Assembly: GCA_030125685.1 (NCBI GenBank)
Contig: JASJYA010000002.1
Coordinates: forward strand, 1 to 45,920
DNA: 45,920 nt
Source: Actinomycetota bacterium
GTDB lineage: Bacteria; Actinomycetota; Acidimicrobiia; Spongiisociales; UBA5794
Reading direction: 5' to 3'
This document shows, one piece after another, positions 16,216 through 24,281 of the stretch (positions are counted from its first letter, which is position 1; each line of letters begins with the position of its first letter). The translations under genes and the position numbers were made by a program. The notes below the pieces were generated by a model that had not been told where the DNA came from, made no database searches, and saw only the letters and a program-made list of their open reading frames with translations.

Positions 16216-18690
16216 ATGACGACGCCATCGCCAATGGTCGGCTGTCCCCCGACGGGTCTGACCAGTGCCGAAGTGATGGAGCGGACCACGGCGGGGAAGG
16301 TGAACGTCGTCCTAGACACTCCCGCCCGTACCACGTGGGACATCGTTCGGGCCAACGTGGTCACACGGTTCAACATCCTGGTGGGTATCTTGCTCGCCGT
16401 CGTCCTCGTCGTTGTGCGCGAGCCGCGGGATGCTCTATTCGGAATCGTCCTTGTCTCGAACGCGGCCATCGGGATCGTTCAGGAGCTCCGCGCGAAGGCA
16501 ACGCTCGACCGCCTGACGCTTCTCACGGCGCCAACGGCGACTGTGACTCGCGACGGGCGCCGGCAGGAGGTTTCCGTCGAAGCTCTGGTCGAGGGGGACA
16601 TCATCGCTCTTGTGTCGGGGGATCAGGTGCCCGTGGACGGACCGGTACTGATGGGCCGCGGTCTCGAGGTCGACGAGTCGCTGTTGACGGGTGAATCCGA
16701 GTCTGTGTTCAAGCAGCCCGGCGACGTGTGTCTGTCCGGGTCGTTCGTCGTTGCGGGGAGCGGCTGGTTCCGCGCCGAACGTGTCGGCAACGAAGCATAC
16801 GCCGCCGTCCTGACGCGCGAAGCGAAGCAGTTCACATTGGTCCGCTCGGAACTGCGCAAGGGCATCGATTGGTTCCTGGGCGGGGTGTCCTGGGCGGTGG
16901 CGCCGGTCATTGCCCTGCTGGTGTGGAGTCAGTACCGGCTCGGATTCGGGTACAAAGAAGCACTCGGCTCCGCGGTGGCAGGCGCCATCGGCATGATCCC
17001 CCAGGGTCTCGTCCTCCTGACCTCGCTGGCATTTGCAGTCGGGGTGATCCGGCTCGGACGTCGCAACGTCCTCGTGCAGGAACTGTCTGCACTTGAAGGC
17101 CTCGCCCGGGTCGACACGGTGTGTTTCGACAAGACCGGCACCCTCACCCAGGGGGTGCTCGCGGTCAAAGAGGCCGTATGGCTCGGCGACATCGACCCGG
17201 GACCGGCTCTGGCCGCATTGGCAGCCGCTGAGCCCGTCCCGAATGCAACACTGCGGGCGATTGGAGATCGCTTCGGCGAGACGCCCGCTTGGACGCCCGA
17301 TGGCGCCATTCCGTTCTCGTCGGCGCGAAAGTGGAGTGCCGCCTCGTTCCACGAGTCCGGAACGTGGGTTCTCGGAGCGCCCGAGATCGTCGCTCCCAAC
17401 GACCCGAGCGTTGCCGAGCGATCCCGGGCCTACGCCCGATCCGGTCTTCGCGTTCTGCTGCTGGCCTGGACAGACCAGCCGTTGAACGGGGATCGTCTCG
17501 CGCGTCGGCTACGGCCATCCGCCATCATTACCCTCGGCGATCGGGTCCGCCCAGATGCGGCGGAGACCCTGCGTTTCTTCGCGGCGCAGGGGGTACGGGC
17601 CAAAGTCGTCTCGGGAGACCATCCAGACACGGTCGCCGCCATCGCCCGCGACGTCGGAGTGCCAAATTCCGGTGATGTAGTCGATGCCAGGCGACTCCCC
17701 GAGGATCCCGCCGCTTTTGCCGAGATCGTTGAACGTACAACGGTGTTCGGGCGGGTGACGCCCCATCAGAAACAGGCAATCGTGCACGCTCTCCAGTCGC
17801 GGGGTCACGTGGTTGCGATGACCGGGGACGGCGTTAACGACGTCCTTGCGCTCAAAGACGCCGATATCGGGATCGCCATCGGTGGGGGCAGCGCCGCGGC
17901 TCGCTCGGTCGCCCAACTGGTGTTGATCGACGGCGAGTTCAACAGGCTGCCCAACGTCGTGGCCGAGGGCCGCCGGGTGATAGCCAACATCGAGCTGGTC
18001 GCCAACCTCTTCGTCACCAAGACCGTGTACGCCATCTTTCTCGCCCTCGCGGTCGGCCTGACGGCTCAGCCGTTCCCGCTCCTTCCCCGCCACCTGACGT
18101 TGGTCGGGTCGATCACCATCGGCGTACCGGCTTTCTTCCTCGCTCTCGCTCCTAATTCACAGCGGGCCCGGCTGGGTTTCACCCGACGCGTGCTTGCCTT
18201 TGCGCTCCCGACCGGGTTGGCCGCCGGACTTGCGACCTGGGCGGCATACCAGCTCGCGATCGACGACGGCGTCACCCTCGGGGAGGCCAGAACAACTGCG
18301 ATGCTGGTACTCTCGGCGATCGGCATCTTCGCCCTCGGAATCGTGAGTCGGCCGCTGACACCATGGAAAAAGACCCTCATTGGATCGATGGTTGCCCTCC
18401 TCGTACTTGCGCTGGTCTCCACATCGGCGCAGGAATTCTTCGAGCTCGCGCTGCCCCGACCTGTCGTGCTGATGGCAGCGATCGGAGTGGTGGCGATCAC
18501 CGGCACGGTGATGATCTTCGTGCTGCGAGCGGTCGGCTGGATCAAGAAGGTTCCAATCTACTTGCACGATCATCCTCCGACAGTGAACGGCGCATGGCGT
18601 ATGTCGCGCAATCGGCTGATCCAGGCATGGAACAGCGAGGCCGTAGGCAGCCTGATCGACCGCTATCGTGCGTGGCGTCGGTCACGGTGA
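16216..18690 (+). CDS. Cation-translocating P-type ATPase (P2-like; resembles actinobacterial CtpE-type)
   Basis: 824 aa with TGES (LLTGESESV), the phosphorylation site CFDKTGTLTQG, the hinge MTGDGVNDVLALKDADIGIA and about 10 TM segments. Confidence 0.92.
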   Translation: MTTPSPMVGCPPTGLTSAEVMERTTAGKVNVVLDTPARTTWDIVRANVVTRFNILVGILLAVVLVVVREPRDALFGIVLVSNAAIGIVQELRAKATLDRLTLLTAPTATVTRDGRRQEVSVEALVEGDIIALVSGDQVPVDGPVLMGRGLEVDESLLTGESESVFKQPGDVCLSGSFVVAGSGWFRAERVGNEAYAAVLTREAKQFTLVRSELRKGIDWFLGGVSWAVAPVIALLVWSQYRLGFGYKEALGSAVAGAIGMIPQGLVLLTSLAFAVGVIRLGRRNVLVQELSALEGLARVDTVCFDKTGTLTQGVLAVKEAVWLGDIDPGPALAALAAAEPVPNATLRAIGDRFGETPAWTPDGAIPFSSARKWSAASFHESGTWVLGAPEIVAPNDPSVAERSRAYARSGLRVLLLAWTDQPLNGDRLARRLRPSAIITLGDRVRPDAAETLRFFAAQGVRAKVVSGDHPDTVAAIARDVGVPNSGDVVDARRLPEDPAAFAEIVERTTVFGRVTPHQKQAIVHALQSRGHVVAMTGDGVNDVLALKDADIGIAIGGGSAAARSVAQLVLIDGEFNRLPNVVAEGRRVIANIELVANLFVTKTVYAIFLALAVGLTAQPFPLLPRHLTLVGSITIGVPAFFLALAPNSQRARLGFTRRVLAFALPTGLAAGLATWAAYQLAIDDGVTLGEARTTAMLVLSAIGIFALGIVSRPLTPWKKTLIGSMVALLVLALVSTSAQEFFELALPRPVVLMAAIGVVAITGTVMIFVLRAVGWIKKVPIYLHDHPPTVNGAWRMSRNRLIQAWNSEAVGSLIDRYRAWRRSR

Positions 18691-18939
18691 AGGTTGCGTC
18701 GCTCGCCTCGGGTGACAACCCCAATTCGATGGGCCCGCTGCCAGCAAGATCAATGGTCGCCTCCCTCAGCAAACGTGACGTCTCGGGCTCACGCGCCGGG
18801 TCCATCATCATCCAGGCGCCGAGACAGGAGGAGCACCGTCACCATCACACCTGCGGGGCGGTCACCCGACCCTGCACCGTGGATGCCTGCCGGCACCCCC
18901 CACATTACGAAGCAGGAGGGCAGCCGCAGCGAATTCCGA

Positions 18940-19599
18940 TCAATCCGTTACCCGACACCAATAGTCACCGGCGGTGTTGCCCGAGAAGGTGTTCTCCGTC
19001 ACGGTGACGACACCCGGTTCCGGCCACGGGCAGACGCCGAAGTTCCACAGGTAGATGCCCTACAGGTTGTCGGTGGTCGTGTTTCCTGCCACAACGTACC
19101 CGGTCGGTCCCTGGCCGTCCTCATCGCTGAGCTGGAGCCCCGGTCCATGGTTACGTGACAAGATGTTGTTCGTCACGGTAACGTCGCGCCCGCCGTCGAC
19201 CCAGATCGCACCGTCCCAGTAGTCGCCGTTGGCATCGAGTTCATTGTCGGTAACGACATTGCCATCGACGAGCAGACCCACGCCGTCTTCGACCAGAATT
19301 CCCCCTCCCACGTTGTGGTGGATCCAGTTGTTGCGGATCACGGCGTCCCTGATCTCGAAGGTATCGATACCGGTGCCGAGGACGAAGCGCTCCTGTCGCG
19401 TCGGTGAGGGGCCGTTCTCGAATGCCTCGCTCTCCTCAACGACAAGACCGGTCACGCCGATGGCGGCGAACCCGAAACCTTCTCCGTCCAGATCCGAACT
19501 GATACTGGCGAAGCCATTGGAAACGAACCGGACGTCAAAGTCGGGACTGTGCCGCTCGACACATGAGGGAACCCCTGGGTCCATCGAGCCTGGGTCCAT
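18940..19599 (-). pseudogene. Remnant of a right-handed parallel beta-helix repeat protein (NosD/pectate-lyase-like), interrupted by an in-frame TAG
   Basis: Beta-helix repeats are present (IRNNWIHHNVGGGILVEDG, VDGNVVTDNE, VTVTNNILSRNHGPGLQL, VVAGNTTTDNL). The TAG at 19060-19062 is followed, in frame, by 39 more repeat-like codons (GIYLWNFGV...VTVTENTFSGNTAGDYW) up to the TGA at 18940. There is no signal peptide or credible N-terminus. A 13-bp direct repeat (ctgggtccatcga, copies 15 bp apart) gives MDPGSMDPG. Confidence 0.55.
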
Positions 19600-19696
19600 C
19601 GAACCGGCACAGCGTCGAATCCATACCCCGATGCCGCAATCGACTCGGAATCCGCGAGCACCGCGGGTGTCGCCCTTTTTCGAGGAAGCTTGTCTC

Positions 19697-21001
19697 TTAC
19701 CAAGGCCTCCGGGCGATGGCCTCGATCGGCTTCATACCCTGTCCGAATCGCGCGATGGCCTCGCGGTTTTTCGTGAGCTCGCTGTAGGCAATAAAGTGAA
19801 CGTCCAGCAGATTGGCCACTCGACTGAAGGCAGGACGCTTCAACTGTTCCCAGATGTCAGCCTCGCGGGCGTCCGGGGCGACCAGGAATAGCGACAACTC
19901 ATCGTGTTCCAGACCGAGCGCAAGGTCCGACATTCGTAGGATCCCGGAGTAGATCGATGTCGTATGCTCGACTTCGAAGGCTGCCACCACGCGATCGGCG
20001 GTCGAATCGACCCAGAGCACGTCGATCAACCGGATTGCGTCGAATGACGGGTTCTTCTTCAAGCTTTCCGGGAGCCCATCAAGGCAGCCATCAGACAGAC
20101 GCCCGTCGCGGTAGGGTCGGTTGACGTCGTTGCTTGCGATCCACACGTCGAATCCCACCGCGAACCCCAGATCCCGCAGCCAACCCTGAATCTCAGTGTG
20201 GGTGTGGTCCTGGTCCTGCGCTGCCTGAATTGCTCGGTCGGCGCGGTCGGACTCGGCACGAACCTCGGCGAGATCCGTCTCCCATCGCGCAAGGGCTGCG
20301 TCATCCGACTCGCGGGGCGGAGCCGGGTACCTCCCGGAGCCGACATCGAACAGGAGGCCCGCAATCGCTCCAAGGTCGTTGGAAAAAAGGTCTCTGTACT
20401 TCGAGTTCAACTCCAGAATCCCGCGACGCATTGCCAGATACCCGTCCCACCGACCCAACTTCACTTTCGCCCCGGTTACGGCGTTGTAGCCCTTGACGAT
20501 TTTGGTGTTCGAGGGAGGAACCACGGTTGGGTGAAGAAAGTAAAGGATATTGGCGGCGGCGGGCCCGAGACCTTTGATTGCTACGCGGTCCAAGGTCTGG
20601 ATGGCTTCAACGATCTCCGACTCCTCACCGGAACAGCCGACGCACGTCTGGAGGAAACGGCCGAAAGCGAGCTGGTTCTCGGGGCTCTCGTAGATGTCGG
20701 GGATACGTAGCTTCGGCTTCCAGAGGAAGGCGTGGTCGGCGCCTCGGAAGATCTGCCTCTGTTCCGCGATGGACTTTACGACCGTTTCGAGCGAAGAACC
20801 CTTGTACACGTTTCCGAAGGTACCCGCCTCGATCTCTGCTACTACCACCGAAATGCCCTGTCGAATGGAGCGGAAGTTTTTCAGCCGTTCTTCCCAGAGG
20901 AACCAGGTCCGGTAGGTGCCCAACGGGTCCTCCCGCCAACGAGTCAGGAGACGCCGAAACGGATCGATCGTAGAAAGCTGCGGCTCAGGCGCGATATTCA
21001 A
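19697..21001 (-). CDS. Orphan protein with a C-terminal PD-(D/E)xK-like (restriction-endonuclease-fold) domain; N-terminal domain unassigned
   Basis: 434 aa. TTG start at 21001 behind a strong SD (GGAGGAGGAAG). The C-terminal pattern is HTEIQGWLRDLGFAVGFDVWIASND...IDVLWVD...VVAAFEVEHTTSIYSGILRMSDL...LFLVAPD. I recall this arrangement from uncharacterised restriction-endonuclease-like proteins. There is no methyltransferase or partner gene nearby. Confidence 0.5.
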   Translation of the reverse strand: MNIAPEPQLSTIDPFRRLLTRWREDPLGTYRTWFLWEERLKNFRSIRQGISVVVAEIEAGTFGNVYKGSSLETVVKSIAEQRQIFRGADHAFLWKPKLRIPDIYESPENQLAFGRFLQTCVGCSGEESEIVEAIQTLDRVAIKGLGPAAANILYFLHPTVVPPSNTKIVKGYNAVTGAKVKLGRWDGYLAMRRGILELNSKYRDLFSNDLGAIAGLLFDVGSGRYPAPPRESDDAALARWETDLAEVRAESDRADRAIQAAQDQDHTHTEIQGWLRDLGFAVGFDVWIASNDVNRPYRDGRLSDGCLDGLPESLKKNPSFDAIRLIDVLWVDSTADRVVAAFEVEHTTSIYSGILRMSDLALGLEHDELSLFLVAPDAREADIWEQLKRPAFSRVANLLDVHFIAYSELTKNREAIARFGQGMKPIEAIARRPW

Positions 21002-21083
21002 CTTCCTCCTCCGCGAAGCGCCGAATCACAAAGCGGCTCGACGACCTCGCCGCATATTGCCAACGCACCTCCGACCCGGAACA

Positions 21084-21848
21084 CTAGGCGTTCCTCCATT
21101 CGGGGGGGCGTTTCTCGATGAACGCCGTGATGCCCTCGACACCGTCGTGGGTCGCGAGCAGCTCTTCGAGGTAGAGGCGCTCTGTCTCCGCGAGGCGCTG
21201 TTCGACCTCGACTCGCCTCGGTTCTCTGATGGCCCTGGTTGCCAAACGAAGCGACAGCGCCGACCGAGGAACGAAGTGCGTGTTGACGAACGACTCGAGT
21301 GCCGTATCCAGGTCTCCATCGAGCGCGAGCGCGTTGACGATACCCATCCGTCTGGCTTCCTTGGCCGTCAGGCTGCGGCCTGTCAGGAGCACGTCCTCAG
21401 CAACTCTGCCGGTGAGAAGAGCGGTTGCTGCGGGTGGAAAGACGCCGAGCTGAATCTCGGGGCAGGCCAGCGTCGCTCCCTCCTCTGCGATGACGATGCC
21501 GCAGGCGAGCACGAGTTCGAGTCCACCTCCGAGACAGCTGCCTTGAACTCCAGCAACTGTCGGGTAGGGGAAACCGACGAGGGCCCGGATCACTGCGCCA
21601 AGCGCGGCAAGCATCTCTGGTGCCTTGTCAGGGAGATGCTCTTCGACACTGGCGCCAAACGAGAAGTGTCTGCCTGCTCCGCGCAGAACGAGGACCTTGC
21701 CATCGTCTGCCTCGGCAGCAGTCTCGATGGCCTCGAGAAGCTGGCCACACAGGGCGATATCGATGACATTCCCGGGGGCCTTGTCGAGTGTGACCGTGTG
21801 AACCGCGCCATCGGGCGAGGCTTCGTGATGAACCCAGGTGCTGGTCAT
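21084..21848 (-). CDS. dch: Enoyl-CoA hydratase/crotonase; probably cyclohexa-1,5-diene-1-carbonyl-CoA hydratase
   Basis: 254 aa with a crotonase fold (GAGRHFSFGASVEEH...GGGLELVLAC). It overlaps oah by 4 nt. The Dch assignment rests on context plus the HFSFGASV.EH motif as I remember it. Confidence 0.6.
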   Translation of the reverse strand: MTSTWVHHEASPDGAVHTVTLDKAPGNVIDIALCGQLLEAIETAAEADDGKVLVLRGAGRHFSFGASVEEHLPDKAPEMLAALGAVIRALVGFPYPTVAGVQGSCLGGGLELVLACGIVIAEEGATLACPEIQLGVFPPAATALLTGRVAEDVLLTGRSLTAKEARRMGIVNALALDGDLDTALESFVNTHFVPRSALSLRLATRAIREPRRVEVEQRLAETERLYLEELLATHDGVEGITAFIEKRPPEWRNA

Positions 21849-22945
21849 TCGTCTGACTTGTACTGTGGTGACACTGCCTCAATGAGATCGTCGCCCCATG
21901 TTTCACCTGCAGCGAGCCTTCGCCTGAGGTCGATGAAGTCAACCTCTCTTCCGACCTCTCTTGAACCTCTGTGGAACGCCTGGAAGCCTGCCTTGGCCTC
22001 GGTCATCATGTTGAGCGAGAGCCATGCCCTGTTCGATTCCTTGTTCTTGTCCCAATGCTCGAGCTTCTTTTTGCGAACGGACTCTGTTGTCTTCAGCGTG
22101 CAATCGGGCATCGTGTACAGGATCTTGGTGAGCATCGCATCGACACCGGCGTCGAGCATCGAGAAGTCTGTGACGCCGGACCTCAACATGGCCTTTGCGG
22201 CCACGAGCTCGTCGCCCTCCTTCGGCTTGCCGTGCACGATCTTGCCCCACTCATCCAGGTAGCGGTCCGTGATCACGAGGGGATTGGGAATGAATGCTCC
22301 GTCGACTTTCAGCACGGGAAAGATGTCGTTGACAAGGCCGAGGCGCAGTGCCTCATGGGCGCTCCAGGGCTCGCACAGGACACAGCTTGCCATTGCTTCG
22401 CCCCATCCGACGTACAGGTCGAGGAAGTCTGTTGAACCGCCATCCGGAGCGGAGCCGTGTTTCGGTCCTGCCTGGCCGAACCGTGCAAGGTCGGACGCAA
22501 GCGAGAAGTCGCATGCCATCCCGATCTCCTGCCCACCGCCGATTCGCATGCCGTTCACCCTGTTGACCACCGGTTTGTCACACATGAGAATCGCCGAGAC
22601 CATGTCGTTGAACAGGCGCATGTACTGGCGATACTCGCCCGGCCTGCCCGCGTAGTACTCCGAGTACTCCTCGGTGTTTCCTCCCGTGCAGAACGACCGA
22701 TCACCCGTCCCGGTGAAGACAACAGCCACCGCGGCGCGATCGACGGAGGCACGTCGGAAGGCCAGGATGACTTCTTTGACCGCCTTGGTCGTGTAGGAGT
22801 TGAGCTGCTCCGGATTGTCCAGGGTGATCCACACCGCGTGAAGTCCCGCAACAGGTTCGCCGCTGGTGTCGAGGATTCGTCGCTCCTCGTAGAGGATCTC
22901 CGTATATTCGTGGTCGGGGACCAGGTCGTGGTTTACAAACTTCAC
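21845..22945 (-). CDS. oah: 6-oxocyclohex-1-ene-1-carbonyl-CoA hydrolase (ring-cleaving; Oah/BamA)
   Basis: 366 aa, an extended crotonase with NGMRIGGGQEIGMACDF..FGQAGPKHGSAPDGGSTDFL and a long C-terminal domain, as in Oah/BamA. Confidence 0.85.
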   Translation of the reverse strand: MKFVNHDLVPDHEYTEILYEERRILDTSGEPVAGLHAVWITLDNPEQLNSYTTKAVKEVILAFRRASVDRAAVAVVFTGTGDRSFCTGGNTEEYSEYYAGRPGEYRQYMRLFNDMVSAILMCDKPVVNRVNGMRIGGGQEIGMACDFSLASDLARFGQAGPKHGSAPDGGSTDFLDLYVGWGEAMASCVLCEPWSAHEALRLGLVNDIFPVLKVDGAFIPNPLVITDRYLDEWGKIVHGKPKEGDELVAAKAMLRSGVTDFSMLDAGVDAMLTKILYTMPDCTLKTTESVRKKKLEHWDKNKESNRAWLSLNMMTEAKAGFQAFHRGSREVGREVDFIDLRRRLAAGETWGDDLIEAVSPQYKSDE

Positions 22946-22958
22946 AGCGTTTTACCTT

Positions 22959-24023
22959 TCATGGGATGAGGATCGTTCGTTTGGCGCTTCCACGCCGGTG
23001 TGCTTCTTCGAGAGCCTGATCGATGTTGGCCATCGGGGCCTTGCGTATGAATGGCGCAAGATCGACCTTTCCTGACGTGACCAACTGAATGGCCTCCGGG
23101 TATCGCTCGGGAGGGCAGCCCCAACTCCCGAAAGCAGTCGCGTCAAATGCCATCAGGTTCGACAGCCTGATGGTCACCTTCTCCATCGTGAATCCGACCA
23201 CCGCGAGGATTGCGGCCGGACCGAGCATTCCGTACGCAGTCTCCTGACCCATGGGAGTTCCGGAGCACTCGAAGATCTTCCAGCCAGTACGCGATATGTC
23301 GGACGATGCCGCGTACTCCCTGACCGAGTCTCGGATATCGCGAGCTGAGCGGTCTCTTGCGTTGACGGTCGCGGATGCTCCGTGTTCACGAAGCAGAGAG
23401 AGGCGGTCGTCGTCGATGTCGACTGCGAGCACGGTGGCTCCGCTCGCGGCAGCGATTTGCACGGCGTAGGCACCGATGCCGCCTGCTCCGACCACCACCA
23501 CGAAGTCACCCTCGCGCACCTCGGCACGTCTGACAGCTTGGAGCGGTGTCGTGACGGCATCGGCGATGACGCACAGGTCGGCGAGCTCGTACCGGTCGGG
23601 GAGGTTCTGGATGGGGAAGAGGCCGGCGGCCGGTACGGTCACATGCGTGGCAAAACCGCCATCGAGATCGTTCCCCGGCATCTTCTGGTTGACACAAACA
23701 TTGCCCCTGCCGGCGTTGCACAGGTCGCAGTGCCCGCACGCAATGACTGCAGCAACGAGGACATCCCTTCCGATCCAGGATTCAGCGCCCTCTCCTGCTT
23801 CTGTGACCCGGCCACTGATCTCGTGGCCGAGCACGAGGGGGAGCTTCGAGCGGGTTCTGACCGTACCGTCGATGAATCCGAGGTCGGTGTGGCAGAGGCC
23901 GCAGCCGGCCACCTCGACGAGTACTTCGTCGGCCTGGGGTGTTCGCCCTGCGTCGGGGAACCGCTCGAGCGGCTGGCCGGGCGCCACCATGCGCCAGGAG
24001 TATCTGTTGGTACGGGGTTTCAT
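22959..24023 (-). CDS. had: Zn-dependent MDR dehydrogenase; probably 6-hydroxycyclohex-1-ene-1-carbonyl-CoA dehydrogenase
   Basis: 354 aa. CGLCHTDLGF...LGHEISG, WKIFECSGT, VVGFTMEKVTIRLSNLMAF and the C-terminal RTILIP resemble Thauera Had as I recall it. It lies directly upstream of oah. Confidence 0.75.
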   Translation of the reverse strand: MKPRTNRYSWRMVAPGQPLERFPDAGRTPQADEVLVEVAGCGLCHTDLGFIDGTVRTRSKLPLVLGHEISGRVTEAGEGAESWIGRDVLVAAVIACGHCDLCNAGRGNVCVNQKMPGNDLDGGFATHVTVPAAGLFPIQNLPDRYELADLCVIADAVTTPLQAVRRAEVREGDFVVVVGAGGIGAYAVQIAAASGATVLAVDIDDDRLSLLREHGASATVNARDRSARDIRDSVREYAASSDISRTGWKIFECSGTPMGQETAYGMLGPAAILAVVGFTMEKVTIRLSNLMAFDATAFGSWGCPPERYPEAIQLVTSGKVDLAPFIRKAPMANIDQALEEAHRRGSAKRTILIP

Positions 24024-24281
24024 CCCGGCTCCTATCTCGTGTTCCGGTCACGCATTATGAACCACCAGGTAGCTGAACGCCCTTGCGGTGCGCCCTGGGC
24101 TTGTTGGAGGCTCAATTGGCTTTCAATCGGTTGTCTTTCGGCGTATTGTGCACATGGTAGGCATCCTTGAACTCGGCGGGCGAGGTCGGAATTCGGACGT
24201 CGTGCTGTGTCACGCGTACTGCGAAGCACGATATATTCTTGCTCTCTCGTCCAAGGACCGCGAAGCGCAGCGAGCAATCTG

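Noticed and set aside
2675-19062. Possible TAG reassignment or read-through, because two in-frame TAG codons (2675-2677 and 19060-19062) are followed by coherent protein sequence.
   Set aside because: TAG also terminates several confident genes at natural C-termini (TPP enzyme at 2301-2303, the membrane protein at 8227-8229, the S9 peptidase, livM and the binding protein). Both affected genes also show additional lesions (frameshifts, a missing N-terminus). Pseudogenisation or sequence error is the simpler explanation.
18691-19158. Plus-strand ORFs 18363-19007 and 18694-19158 downstream of the ATPase.
   Set aside because: Their translations are Arg/Pro/Ser-rich with no motifs. They overlap the 3' end of the ATPase or the beta-helix remnant, whose minus-strand frame carries clear repeat signatures.
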